Source: an uncultured Alphaproteobacteria bacterium
Lineage (GTDB): Bacteria > Pseudomonadota > Alphaproteobacteria > Rhizobiales > Hyphomicrobiaceae
Assembly (NCBI GenBank): GCA_963741505.1
Contig: CAVUIJ010000008.1
Coordinates: 17,114-81,113, forward strand
DNA: 64,000 bases
Direction: 5' to 3'
Part shown: positions 39,919 through 49,852 of the stretch, one piece after another
Numbering within the stretch: position 1 is the stretch's first letter
Layout of the letters: each line of letters opens with the position of its first letter
Translations under genes and position numbers: made by a program
Notes under the pieces: model-generated
What the model was told of the DNA's origin: nothing
Database searches by the model: none
Seen by the model: the letters and a program-made list of their open reading frames with translations, nothing else

Positions 39919-41586
39919 ATGCATGACCGTTTTGCCACTCACGACGTCACAAACCAAAGTCCGCCCTTCGAGAACGTAAACCTGTTCACTTGCGATCGCG
40001 CACTTGGCGAGGCGGTCGTTCGAGAGGGCGGCGACAAGGGTATCGGCGGGCTTGAACGGCTCGGCGGCATATGCGGCAGTGCGGCGTCCTTCGAGCATGG
40101 GCGGTTGGCGAACGAGTTCACACCACGCCTCAGGCCGTTCGATGCCAAGGGCCGCCGGCTCGATATGGTCGAGTTCCATCCATCATATCATGCGTGCATG
40201 GAGATGAGCATCGGGCAGGGCCTGCATTGCTCGGCCTGGGACCATCTCGCTACGGCCGATGCCAAGCCGATCGCTGGCGCCAACGTCGTGCGCTCGGCGG
40301 GAAGCTACATGGCGATCCAGATGGAAGCGGGCCATCAATGCCCGATTACGATGACGAATGCGGCGGTTCCAACCCTCTTGCTCGAACCGTCACTTGCCAA
40401 GACGTGGATCCCGAAAATCCTCTCGCGGGATTACGACCCCGGTTTCAAGCCGGCAGCTGCCAAGCGCGGCGTGACGATCGGCATGGGGATGACAGAGAAG
40501 CAGGGCGGCACCGACGTGCGCGCCAATACGACGACCGCGACGCCAAGCGGTTCTGGCGGATCGGGGGCCGAGTATCTCGTCACCGGCCATAAGTGGTTCA
40601 TGTCGGCGCCGATGTGCGACGCATTCCTGGTGCTGGCCTACGCTCCCGGTGGGCTGTCGTGCTTCCTGATGCCACGCATCCTGCCGGATGGCCGGGTCAA
40701 CAATCTCCGGTTCCAGCGGCTGAAGGACAAGCTCGGCAATCGATCGAACGCGTCGGCCGAGGTCGAGTTTCAATCCGCTCATGCCTGGCTGATTGGTGAG
40801 GAAGGGCGCGGCGTCGTGGCCATCATTGAAATGGTGACATGTACACGCCTCGACTGTGCCGTCGGCTCGGCCGGCTTGATGCGCTTGGCGGTGGCCAATG
40901 CGGTGCATCACTGCCGTCACCGCTTGGTCTTTCAGAAGGCACTGATCGACCAGCCGCTGATGACCCAGGTGCTGGCCGATCTGGCGTTGGACGTGGAGGC
41001 GGCAACCGCCCTGTGCTTTCGGCTTGCTCGCAGTTTCGACGAGGCGGCCGATGCGCGCGCGGCAGCTTGGCGTCGGGTGATGACGCCGGTCACCAAGTAC
41101 TGGGTATGCAAGACGGGGCCGGCACTGGCCTACGAGGCGATGGAATGCCTGGGCGGCAACGGCTACGTCGAGGAAGGCATTGCGGCACGGATCTATCGCG
41201 AGTTGCCGGTCAACGCGATCTGGGAGGGGTCGGGCAATGTAATGGTGCTTGACGTGTTGCGCGTAATCCAGAGAGATCGGCACGCTTTCGAGAGCGTCAT
41301 GTCGGATCTCGAGGTCATGGCCAGCGCCGACCCGCAGCTCAAGGCGCAATTTGCGCGCGTGCACGCGCTGCTCCAGGAGCCGGAGCCGCTGGAGCGGCGG
41401 GGACGGGAGCTAGTGGAGGCGCTGGCGCTGCTGGCAGCGGGCGCGATATTGCGCAAGCATGCGCCGGCAGTGGTGGCAGACGCATTTTTGGCCACGCGGA
41501 TCGGCGGAACTGCAAGGCAGACCTACGGGCAGGGTCTCGACAGGGCCGATACGCGCGCGATCGTTGCGCGGGTCTTGCCGGCATAG
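39919..41586 (+). CDS. acyl-CoA dehydrogenase, AidB-like
   Basis: MTEKQGGTDVRANTT, GHKWFMSAP, YEAMECLGGNGYVEE. Start at MHDRFATHDV. Confidence 0.85.
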   Translation: MHDRFATHDVTNQSPPFENVNLFTCDRALGEAVVREGGDKGIGGLERLGGICGSAASFEHGRLANEFTPRLRPFDAKGRRLDMVEFHPSYHACMEMSIGQGLHCSAWDHLATADAKPIAGANVVRSAGSYMAIQMEAGHQCPITMTNAAVPTLLLEPSLAKTWIPKILSRDYDPGFKPAAAKRGVTIGMGMTEKQGGTDVRANTTTATPSGSGGSGAEYLVTGHKWFMSAPMCDAFLVLAYAPGGLSCFLMPRILPDGRVNNLRFQRLKDKLGNRSNASAEVEFQSAHAWLIGEEGRGVVAIIEMVTCTRLDCAVGSAGLMRLAVANAVHHCRHRLVFQKALIDQPLMTQVLADLALDVEAATALCFRLARSFDEAADARAAAWRRVMTPVTKYWVCKTGPALAYEAMECLGGNGYVEEGIAARIYRELPVNAIWEGSGNVMVLDVLRVIQRDRHAFESVMSDLEVMASADPQLKAQFARVHALLQEPEPLERRGRELVEALALLAAGAILRKHAPAVVADAFLATRIGGTARQTYGQGLDRADTRAIVARVLPA

Positions 41587-42308
41587 CGCGGGCGGTGTTG
41601 AGCGGTTCCGCCACCGCCTGCCCCGAAAGTCGCCCACAAAGGCGCTAGGCGCAACATCACGCAAAAGTACCGCGATTTGCGTCTCTGTTCGATAGTGTCG
41701 CGATTTCAATGAGTCGACTTCGATGTTCGGATCGGAGCAGCTCACTGGTGCGCTCCTTGATCGCCTCGTCGAGGACGTTCACAATGCCAGGCGTCGACAC
41801 TGCGCGCTCGGCTACAAGAGCCTTGTCGACTTCGAAGTGGACCACGCTCGGCCAAAGACCAATTGAAGGGCTTCCCACATGTCCACCTGCAAGGGTGCAC
41901 TGCAAGCTGGGGGCAACTTTGCGTGCCGATTGACAGCGAGAGACACGCGAAGGCCGCACGACGATCAGCCGATGCTTGGTCGGGACCTGCTCGAGCCGTT
42001 CGCAGCGTCCTCGCCGACGATGTGCAGGGCGGTGCCGTCGCACGGATAGACCAGCTCTTCGGCTCGGCGACGATCTCCTCGCACGGGGCAGCCAAGAGTG
42101 GCTCCCCAGCATCAGACGTGATCTTACCGCTTCGGATGCCGCAACAACTCGGCGCCGCTTCTACGGTTTCACGTACAATAGAATCACGATTATACTGCGC
42201 CAGCATCTTGGACTTCCTATGCCTCAACTCACGTTGTTCCGGCAAAAGATGTTTGTTGTCCCGGACCCGACGTCCTCAGATGCCGCGTGAAAGGCGGGTT
42301 AGCGATCC

Positions 42309-43013
42309 ATGAGACAGATGATGGAACCGTCGGCTTCGTCGAATGGCTCGCCGCGCAGGGCGCGACGGTTGTGGTGGGTCTTCCGCGGCGCGTTGTTGGT
42401 GGTGGTGGCGTGCGTGGTTGTTTCGGGCTGGGGAGACGTCAACCTGAGCGCGCAGACGCCGCGGCGTGGCGACGTCTCCGGCGAAAGCGTTCCCTTCGCC
42501 CCGCCGCGACCGCCGAAGCCAAAGAGGGATCTCATTCACGCGCAAGACGGCCGCTTCTGGCGCCGGTTGGTCAACGATGGCCTGCATGACAGGGCCAATC
42601 CGTCTGTCGGCAAGCTGCGCGAGCCGGCGCGGGCCCTTTCCAAACTTCCGGGCAAGTCGGAGGAGATCGGCAACAATGTCGACTGGGTGGCCGCTCTGCG
42701 CCAGGGCCTAATCGCGCCGAAAGACCGTCTGAGGCCGGGCGCGGCTCCTGAACGTCTCAGTACTGACATCATCATGCCGCGCACGGCAGCGATGCCGATG
42801 GTGCGCTTTCCCCACCGCGCGCACACGGAGTGGCTCGACTGTTCGAACTGCCATGACGACCCCTTCGTCAAGAAGGCGCGCGCCAACCGCTTCAACATGG
42901 AGGACATCCTCGCGGGCGAGTATTGCGGCCGTTGCCATGGCGCAGTAGCGTTCCCGCCGACCGACTGCTTGCGCTGTCACAGCGTGGAGCGAGGTTTAGG
43001 GGTGGCAAACTGA
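42309..43013 (+). CDS. membrane-anchored c7-like trihaem cytochrome c
   Basis: TM LWWVFRGALLVVVACVVVSGW, linker with VDWVAALRQGLIAP, then FPHRAHTEWLDCSNCH...YCGRCHGAVAFPPTDCLRCH (3 CXXCH). Confidence 0.8.
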   Translation: MRQMMEPSASSNGSPRRARRLWWVFRGALLVVVACVVVSGWGDVNLSAQTPRRGDVSGESVPFAPPRPPKPKRDLIHAQDGRFWRRLVNDGLHDRANPSVGKLREPARALSKLPGKSEEIGNNVDWVAALRQGLIAPKDRLRPGAAPERLSTDIIMPRTAAMPMVRFPHRAHTEWLDCSNCHDDPFVKKARANRFNMEDILAGEYCGRCHGAVAFPPTDCLRCHSVERGLGVAN

Positions 43014-43387
43014 TGAAACGGGTGCTTTTCGCTGCCGCCGCTCTGGCCGTGATTTCGGTGGTTGCGGCGCACGCCGAGTACGGCGACGTGGTGCTGAATG
43101 ACCGCTCGGAGACCGGCGGCATACGGCCGGTCATTTTCCCGCACTGGGTCCATCGCACGGTCTACAAGTGCCAAGTCTGCCATGTGGAACTTGGCTTCAA
43201 GATGAAGGTCGGCGGCAACCGCATCACCATGGGTGACGTTTATTCCGGCCGCTATTGCGGCGAGTGTCATGACGGGAAGACGACCTGGGGGATCGAGGAC
43301 AATTGCGGGCGCTGCCATTCGGGCCGCAAGGGCACGCCGACAGGCGTTCACGGCCGTCACCGCACCACGGGGCCAGGATTTCGGTGA
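43013..43387 (+). CDS. small periplasmic c7-like trihaem cytochrome c
   Basis: Signal MKRVLFAAAALAVISVVAAHA, then FPHWVHRTVYKCQVCH...YCGECHDG...NCGRCH. The start overlaps the upstream stop (TGATG). Confidence 0.8.
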   Translation: MKRVLFAAAALAVISVVAAHAEYGDVVLNDRSETGGIRPVIFPHWVHRTVYKCQVCHVELGFKMKVGGNRITMGDVYSGRYCGECHDGKTTWGIEDNCGRCHSGRKGTPTGVHGRHRTTGPGFR

Positions 43388-43395
43388 TATTGCGT

Positions 43396-45000
43396 ATGCG
43401 TCTATCGCGGGGCCTCGCCAACGCGGCGCGTCATGGCCGGGCGGCTCCGTCTATACTCTTGCTCGCCTTGCTTCTCTCTATGGCGTGGCCGGGTTTGCCG
43501 AAGGCGCAATCGGCTGAAGAGGGACGTGCCATCTACGAGCGGCGCTGTAGCGTCTGCCATGGTGATCGGGGCAACGGGGCATACTGGGCGAGCGACAGCC
43601 TCGTCCCGCCGCCGCGCGACTTCACACGCACCGACCCGGAAGCGCTGAGCCGCGTGGTCATGATCGACGCCGTCGCCCATGGGCGCGAAGGGACCGCGAT
43701 GACGGCCTGGCGCGGCCGGTTGTCGCCTTTGCAGATCGACGCCGTGGTCGATTTCATCCGGGCGGAATTCATGTCCCGCCACGGCGAGGTCGCGGCAAAG
43801 AGCCCATCTGGCGTTCCCTTTCCCGGCGGGCTGAAGGGTGATGCGGCCAAGGGGAGCGTCTTCTTTCACGCCAATTGCGCCGAGTGCCATGGTCATTCGG
43901 GCGACGGGCGCGGACGGCGTGCGGAGATGAATGTCAAGAAGCCGCTCGATTTCACCTCGCCCCAGACGAGACGCGCGTTCGATCGGGCGAGATTGTTCGT
44001 GTCGATCTCCGCCGGCGTGCCGGGGACTACGATGCCCGCCTGGTCGAAAGTGCTGAGCAACCAGCAGATTGCCGATGTGGCGGAGTATGCGTACCGCGTG
44101 TTCATTGCGGGCGATAGCGCGGCGAAAGCCCACGCCGCGTCGAGCGACGAGGCTCCGGACGCCGGCAGGCGGATCTATCTTCAGCACTGCTCCTACTGCC
44201 ATGGCCAAAAGGGCGATGGCCGCACCGCCGCGGCGCAAGTGCTCGCCCCCAAGCCGAGAGACTTCACCGGCCTGCCGCGGCTCAGCGTCGATGAAGTCAC
44301 CGCCGCGGTCCGCAAAGGGCGCGACGGCACAGCCATGCCTTCCTTCGCCAAGGTCCTCTCCAATGCGCAGGTCAAGGCGGTGGCCGAGTATGTGGCGCTG
44401 AGCCTCGCAGCGCGCAAAGGCGAGGACGAGCGCTATCACACCGCCAAGAACGGTTGGCCGGACCATGATGCCCGCTACGGCCCGGCCATTCCCTTCGCGT
44501 TGGGCGAACAGGCCGTCAATGCGCCGCTCTCGACCTTGTCTCCGGCGCAGCGCGCAGGGTTGGAACTCTTCAAGGGCGCCTGCGTCTCCTGCCATTTCGG
44601 AAGGCGTGACACGCGATTGGGGACGCCAATCGCGGACACGAGCCACAAGGACACGGGCCACAAGCCGGCGGACTATGAGATGGGTGTGCATGACAAGGTG
44701 CCAGAAATCGCCGATCTGACGCCGACCGAAGCGGAGGGTCGTCGGCTGTATCAGGCGGCATGCGCGCAGTGCCACGCTGCGGATGGCACCGGCGCGAACT
44801 GGATCGGACGCTTCCTCAAGCCCTCGCCGACCGACTTCAACACACCTAGTTACCGAGCGCTTCTGTCGTCCGACGGGTTTGTCATGCGGACGTTGCGCGC
44901 GCCTGACGGCACCTCCATGCCATCGTTCGAAAATGTACTGAGCCGCGAGCAGGTCGAGGCGATCGCGGCGTATGTGCGCCGCGCATTTCAGACGCCGTAG
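43396..45000 (+). CDS. five-haem cytochrome c built from tandem class-I (cbb3/FixP-type) domains
   Basis: CSVCH, CAECH, CSYCH, CVSCH and CAQCH, each in a G..(I/L)Y...C..CHG context with a downstream GT(A/S)MP(A/S)(W/F). A GTG at 43384 overlapping the upstream TGA is an alternative start. Confidence 0.8.
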   Translation: MRLSRGLANAARHGRAAPSILLLALLLSMAWPGLPKAQSAEEGRAIYERRCSVCHGDRGNGAYWASDSLVPPPRDFTRTDPEALSRVVMIDAVAHGREGTAMTAWRGRLSPLQIDAVVDFIRAEFMSRHGEVAAKSPSGVPFPGGLKGDAAKGSVFFHANCAECHGHSGDGRGRRAEMNVKKPLDFTSPQTRRAFDRARLFVSISAGVPGTTMPAWSKVLSNQQIADVAEYAYRVFIAGDSAAKAHAASSDEAPDAGRRIYLQHCSYCHGQKGDGRTAAAQVLAPKPRDFTGLPRLSVDEVTAAVRKGRDGTAMPSFAKVLSNAQVKAVAEYVALSLAARKGEDERYHTAKNGWPDHDARYGPAIPFALGEQAVNAPLSTLSPAQRAGLELFKGACVSCHFGRRDTRLGTPIADTSHKDTGHKPADYEMGVHDKVPEIADLTPTEAEGRRLYQAACAQCHAADGTGANWIGRFLKPSPTDFNTPSYRALLSSDGFVMRTLRAPDGTSMPSFENVLSREQVEAIAAYVRRAFQTP

Positions 45001-45207
45001 GCGTGTTGCGCGTCCGCGATCAGCGCCAGGGTGAATTGCCAGCGAATAGAATCGCGGTGGGCGCACGATGGGAAGCGAATGCGAAGGCGGCGGCCTTGCG
45101 CAGGTGCCGGCGCAACAGAACGAGCGCAAAAACAACCCCAGAGCGCCGCGACGGTCCACGCCGGGCACAAGCCCACTCCGCCGCTTTGGACCAACTCGGA
45201 AGCACCC

Positions 45208-45876
45208 TCAGTTTTCTGCCTGGCGTCTTGGCCCGTTGTGACAACGGAAACACTGATCAGGAGGGAACGCTACCGTGCCGTGGCAGACACCGCAGGCTTT
45301 GCCTTGGAAGATCTCGCTCATGCGGATCACGTTCGCGCCCGCCTTGTCCTTGAACAAATCGTTGTGGCAATTCGAGCAGGCGAGCCACTCCGTATGAACT
45401 GCGTGGGAAAATGTCACGGTGGGCATGCTGCCAGTGTTGCGAAGTATCGTTTCGCTCTTGAGCAGCTTCATCTTGCTCACCTTGTCGGCCTCGGCGCGTG
45501 GCTCAATCACGCCGTTCTTCAGCGCCGCCACCCAATCGACGAAATTGCCGGCCCCGGCGCGCGGCAGGCTGCGCATCGCCTCCACCGGCGGCTGTAGCCT
45601 TTTGACCGCGTCGCTCTGCGGATCGTGATGGCCGTCTCCCTGCAGTGTACGCCACGGGTTCTTCATGTCGATCGGCCCGCCGTCGCGCTCCCAGTAGGAG
45701 GTGGCGCGCCTGCGGGCATCAGCCAGCGGCTCGAAGCCGCCGGCGGGCGCCGGATTACGTACAGCCTCCTGAGCAAGCGCGATTTTCTCGGAGCCGAACA
45801 GACAGGCGAGTGCCGCTAGGCAGACGCCTGCGGCAAGCAAGGGCGAAGCCCTCTTCAAGATCGGCATCGATCGCAT
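45208..45876 (-). CDS. membrane-anchored c7-like trihaem cytochrome c (paralogue of 42309-43013)
   Basis: VDWVAALKNGVIEP; FSHAVHTEWLACSNCH...ACGVCHGTVAFPPDQCFRCH. Confidence 0.8.
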   Translation of the reverse strand: MRSMPILKRASPLLAAGVCLAALACLFGSEKIALAQEAVRNPAPAGGFEPLADARRRATSYWERDGGPIDMKNPWRTLQGDGHHDPQSDAVKRLQPPVEAMRSLPRAGAGNFVDWVAALKNGVIEPRAEADKVSKMKLLKSETILRNTGSMPTVTFSHAVHTEWLACSNCHNDLFKDKAGANVIRMSEIFQGKACGVCHGTVAFPPDQCFRCHNGPRRQAEN

Positions 45877-46060
45877 CAAGACATCGCCTTGCGGAATCAG
45901 GGCCTTGACCGTAACGCGACGCATACCAATCCACAATATACCAATTGGACCGCTCGGGTAAGGGGAGCAACCAAAATAGTGGTGCATTTGCCGCGAGAGC
46001 TGGACGAGGTATACTTTGTTCTAGGTCATATCAGTTGAAGCTGAAGTATTTGGCGCACTC

Positions 46061-46258
46061 CTAGCACGCGGAGGCAGGCGGCGATGGCGCCCCACAATGC
46101 AGTGATAATCCGTCTGGCTGCGTTGCGCAGAGCGCCTTCGGCTTGGCTAAAGTCCTTTCGATCGAATTGAAGTCTGGGCTAAGCGCCCGTGCATTGCGCA
46201 ACCAGCGGCTGTGTTGACAGGAGTAGTTGTGAGAACTCGTCCACAAGTGAATTCCCAC
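46061..46258 (-). mobile_element. IS630-family transposase C-terminal remnant
   Basis: ..LSPDFNSIERTLAKPKALCATQ.. matches the conserved IS630/Tc1 tail YSPDLNPIE..F(A/S)KLKALLR. It has no intact DDE region and sits in a low-GC patch. Confidence 0.55.
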
Positions 46259-46413
46259 GCGCGGCTCAGAATCGGATGAGGGCGCTATACTACCGTCGGC
46301 GCTGGCCGTTCATCTCGGGAGTGTGGCAACGCAGATACTGAGCTGTAGTCGCACTATGTTAGAGAGTGTTAAGATGATTCTATGCCGCGCGGACTAGGAA
46401 CGAAGGATTGAGA

Positions 46414-47598
46414 ATGGCGGGTATGCCGCTCACATTTCTGAAATCCAAGTTTTTTCGTGGCGCGGCTGCTGCAGCGATCGCGCTGGCGTTGTTGAGCGCA
46501 TGCACAAGGCTGGAGTTGGAGCCGGCCGCGCCGGGCGGGCCGCTGGAGCGCGCCGAGTCGGCCAAGCCCTTGGTCTACCCGCCGGCGCCGGCCGCTGTGC
46601 GCTTCATTCACGAGGCGACGATTCTGAGCAGCGCCGATGTGATTCCCGAGACCAACGCCGACCGCGTTCGGCTGTTCGCCACGGGCTTTGGCCGCACGGC
46701 CGAGGCGTTCGGAAAGCCGTTCGGGCTGGTCGCCCGCCACGGCCGGCTCTATGTGAGCGACACGGTGCGGCGGCTTGTTCATGTGCTCGACCGGGCGAAC
46801 GGCGAATATCGCCAGATCGGGACTCAGGAGCCCGGCCGCCTCACCAAGCCCTTGGGGCTGGCCGTCGACGACGGCGGGAGGTTGTATGTCAGTGACGTGA
46901 CCACCCGGCGGATACTGATCTATGACGCTGGCGGCGCATTTGTCGCAGCGGTTGGCGGGCCCAAAGATCTGACGCGCCCGTCTTCGGTCACCGTCTCGCC
47001 GGATGGCTCGCGGATCTACGTGCTGGACACCGGCGGCGTCGACAATAATCAACATCGCATCGTGGTATTCGACGCTGCGGGTCGGCGCGTGAACGTGATC
47101 GGTAAGCGCGGCGGGGGCGCGGGGGAATTCAACCTGCCGCTGGCTATCGAGCGCGCGCCCGACGGCGGGCTGTATGTCGTCGATACTGGCAATTTCAGAG
47201 TGCAAAAGCTGAGTGCCGATGGCGCGCCTTTGTCGGGTTTCGGCAAGCCGGGCCGTTATCCCGGACAGTTCGGGCACCCCAAGGATCTCGCGCTCGACGC
47301 CGACGGAAACATCTATGTCACCGACGCCAGCTTCGGCGTGTTCCAGATATTCAACTCGTCCGGTCGCATCCTGCTTTCGATCGGCGAGCGCAACGAGCAA
47401 GGCGGGCGCGGGCGGTTCCTGCTGCCTGCGGGCATTGACGTCGACGTTGATGGGCGTGTTTATGTTGCCGATCAGTACTTTAGGAAGATCGAGGTATTTC
47501 GACCCGCCTCGCTCCCAGCGTCGACCCCTCCGGGGGGACGGGTGGCGGCGATGCGCGCGGGAATTGCCGAGAAATCAGTCACGTTCCAGCCAAAATGA
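46414..47598 (+). CDS. NHL-repeat six-bladed beta-propeller lipoprotein
   Basis: Lipobox ALLSAC. Repeated (K)P.G(L/V)A(V/L)D..G.(L/I)YV(S/V/T)D modules, e.g. GRLYVSDT, GRLYVSDV, SRIYVLDT, GGLYVVDT, GNIYVTDA, GRVYVADQ. Confidence 0.85.
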   Translation: MAGMPLTFLKSKFFRGAAAAAIALALLSACTRLELEPAAPGGPLERAESAKPLVYPPAPAAVRFIHEATILSSADVIPETNADRVRLFATGFGRTAEAFGKPFGLVARHGRLYVSDTVRRLVHVLDRANGEYRQIGTQEPGRLTKPLGLAVDDGGRLYVSDVTTRRILIYDAGGAFVAAVGGPKDLTRPSSVTVSPDGSRIYVLDTGGVDNNQHRIVVFDAAGRRVNVIGKRGGGAGEFNLPLAIERAPDGGLYVVDTGNFRVQKLSADGAPLSGFGKPGRYPGQFGHPKDLALDADGNIYVTDASFGVFQIFNSSGRILLSIGERNEQGGRGRFLLPAGIDVDVDGRVYVADQYFRKIEVFRPASLPASTPPGGRVAAMRAGIAEKSVTFQPK

Positions 47599-47614
47599 GG
47601 GAGGCGGGTCGGCG

Positions 47615-48388
47615 ATGCGAGTGGAAAGAAGGGCGCGTTTGACGCGATCCGGCGCGGTCGTGGGCCTACTGCTTGTCGCTGCCGTCGCTTGGTCCGATCT
47701 CGCAGGGGCTCAGAGCGGCATCCGGGGCTCCAAGCACGACCTCGGCAATGGCCAGAACGACAATTACGAGGTCTGCGTCTACTGCCATACGCCCCATGGC
47801 GCCAACAGGGAAGTCGACGCGCCGCTGTGGAACAAGCCGGGCGGCGTGCAGGCATATCGCACTTATGACAGCGCCACGATTGACGGCAAGATCTTGCCCG
47901 TCGGATCGGTTTCCACCGCCTGCCTGTCGTGTCATGACGGCACTCAGGCGATGGACACGGTGATAAATGCGCCGGGCAGCGGCCTCGGTAGAGGCCGCAT
48001 CGGCTCGGGCGTCGGCGCGCTCAGCCCGAACGTCATCGCCAATCTCGGCGTCGATCTGCGCAACGACCATCCGGTGGGCGTGCAGTATGGCGGTTTCGAC
48101 CCAGGCCGCGGCCAGATCGATCCGGACTTCGTCAACAGAGCTACCGGCCTGCAATCCGCGCTTATGCTCGGGCGCATGCGTTGGTGGGTCGACACGGAAC
48201 GCGTCCCGAACGGGAATCGGGACAAGACCGACATGATCCTCTACACACGCAGCGTCGATGGCGTCGACCAACCGTTCGTGGAATGCGCCACCTGCCACGA
48301 TCCGCATCGCGGCTCGGGCACCAATCCGGCGTTCATGCGGCTCACCAACAAGGGCAGTAATCTGTGTCTGTCCTGCCATATCAAGTGA
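47615..48388 (+). CDS. periplasmic tetrahaem cytochrome c (SKHDL...CxxCHTPH type)
   Basis: Signal then GSKHDLGNG..YEVCVYCHTPH, CLSCHDG, NDHPVGVQY, VECATCHDPH, LCLSCH (4 CXXCH). Confidence 0.85.
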   Translation: MRVERRARLTRSGAVVGLLLVAAVAWSDLAGAQSGIRGSKHDLGNGQNDNYEVCVYCHTPHGANREVDAPLWNKPGGVQAYRTYDSATIDGKILPVGSVSTACLSCHDGTQAMDTVINAPGSGLGRGRIGSGVGALSPNVIANLGVDLRNDHPVGVQYGGFDPGRGQIDPDFVNRATGLQSALMLGRMRWWVDTERVPNGNRDKTDMILYTRSVDGVDQPFVECATCHDPHRGSGTNPAFMRLTNKGSNLCLSCHIK

Positions 48389-49386
48389 GTGCGAGGCCGA
48401 GGCGCACGCATGTATTGAAGACGGCCTGGTGCGGCGTCCTGGCCCTGGCTGCGGCTCTGACCGCGGTGCCTGCGCTCGCCACCGAGCAGCAGAAATTGGT
48501 GATCGCACGCGTTAACGACCAGCCAGTCACCGGCGGGGACTTCGCGCCGTATCTGCGCGCCTACTTGCGCTCCAAGCTCTATCACTCGGGCTCACCCGAG
48601 CGCACACGCGCGCTCGCCGAGGAGGCCATCGACGCTTTCCTGATCGATCGGGTGCTGACTGAGCAGGCCGCCGCGCAAGGGCTGAAAATCGGCGAGGCCG
48701 AGGTCGAAAAGCGCCTTGCGGACATCAAGACCCGGTTCGGCGACCGGCCCGAGTGGCCCGAAATCGCATCACGCCTGCCGAAGCTGCGCGAGGAGATCGA
48801 GACGGATTTGCGGATCGAGGCCCTCAAGCGCGAAATAAGCCGCGCCGATCCGCCGACCGAGGCGGAGATCCGCGCATTCTACGAGAGCCAACCCGAGCTG
48901 TTCACCCGCCCGGCGGCCTATCGGCTCAAGCTGCTGCTGATTGCCGTGGAGCCGGGAGCGAGCGCAGAAGCCTGGCGCGCCGCCGAGGTACAGGCACAGG
49001 AATATGCGCGTAGGGTCGCGGCAGGCGAGGACTTCGCCGCGCTTGCGCGCGCTACTTCGAAGCACAGCTTGGCCGAACTGGGCGGCGCGACCGGCCTCGT
49101 CCATGAGGGCCAGTTGGGCGAGGCGGCCGAGGCCGCGCTGCGCCCCGCCAAACCCGGAGAGGTGGCCGGACCCGTCCGTCTGCTGGAGGGCGTCGCCCTT
49201 TTTGCTGTCGAGGAAAAACGTCTTCCGACACTCATGCCGTTGCCCGAGGTAAAAGAACGCGCCTCGATATTGATGGAACGCGATCGAGCGAAAAAGCAGT
49301 GGAATAGCTTCGTAGAAACAATAAGAGGGAAATTCTCCATCGATAGGTCTGCATTTGCGGAGTTTCTCGCAGGCGCCCTCAGGTAA
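48385..49386 (+). CDS. SurA/PpiC-type peptidyl-prolyl isomerase / periplasmic chaperone
   Basis: Signal AWCGVLALAAALTAVPALA, a SurA-N-like helical region, and a rotamase-like block LLLIAVEPGASAEAW..A..YARRVAAGEDFAALA. The GTG start overlaps the upstream TGA. Confidence 0.65.
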   Translation: MSARPRRTHVLKTAWCGVLALAAALTAVPALATEQQKLVIARVNDQPVTGGDFAPYLRAYLRSKLYHSGSPERTRALAEEAIDAFLIDRVLTEQAAAQGLKIGEAEVEKRLADIKTRFGDRPEWPEIASRLPKLREEIETDLRIEALKREISRADPPTEAEIRAFYESQPELFTRPAAYRLKLLLIAVEPGASAEAWRAAEVQAQEYARRVAAGEDFAALARATSKHSLAELGGATGLVHEGQLGEAAEAALRPAKPGEVAGPVRLLEGVALFAVEEKRLPTLMPLPEVKERASILMERDRAKKQWNSFVETIRGKFSIDRSAFAEFLAGALR

Positions 49387-49481
49387 GCACTAGGCAGACT
49401 GGCGATGCTTAGCGGCAGGCTCTCGGAAGGGCGGATACGAAGAAGCAGACAGTCCGGCTGCGGGCGTATTATCGTAGCGCG

Positions 49482-49779
49482 ATGCGTTGCGTCGTGTGCC
49501 CGAACCAGTCGATCGACGATTCCAGTGCGCCGCTGGCGAAAGATCTGCGTGTCTTGATTCGCGACCGGCTGACGGCCGGAGCAGAGCGACACGCAAGCCC
49601 ACGCGTTCATCGTCGCGCGATACGGAAACTTTGTATTGTTGAAGCCGCCGGTTCCAATGAACACTCTGTTTCTCCGGTTCGCTCCAGCGCTTCTCGCTGC
49701 GGGTGTGCTATTTGGACTGTTGCGCTTCCTGCGCCACCAGCAATCATTCTTGCCCGGCGCATCCGGGATTCGGCCCTGA
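49482..49779 (+). pseudogene. ccmH: CcmH/CycL-like cytochrome c maturation thiol-oxidoreductase, frame-broken, no signal peptide found
   Basis: [32 protein letters not shown] (LRCxxC motif) continues after an extra base near 49581 as [47 protein letters not shown]. Confidence 0.7.
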
Positions 49780-49852
49780 CGAGTGCTGCCGAAGAATTGA
49801 CCGCGGAAGAAAACGAGCGCCAGCGGGAGATCTTGGAGAAAGGCATTTAGTC

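Noticed and set aside
43402-45168. 588-aa minus-strand ORF, plus similar long antisense ORFs at 9612-10667, 14504-15691, 19685-20701, 28213-29805, 46369-47400 and 59571-60746
   Set aside because: Each lies opposite a gene with clear family motifs. None has motifs of its own. They are an artefact of stop-codon scarcity in GC-rich sequence.
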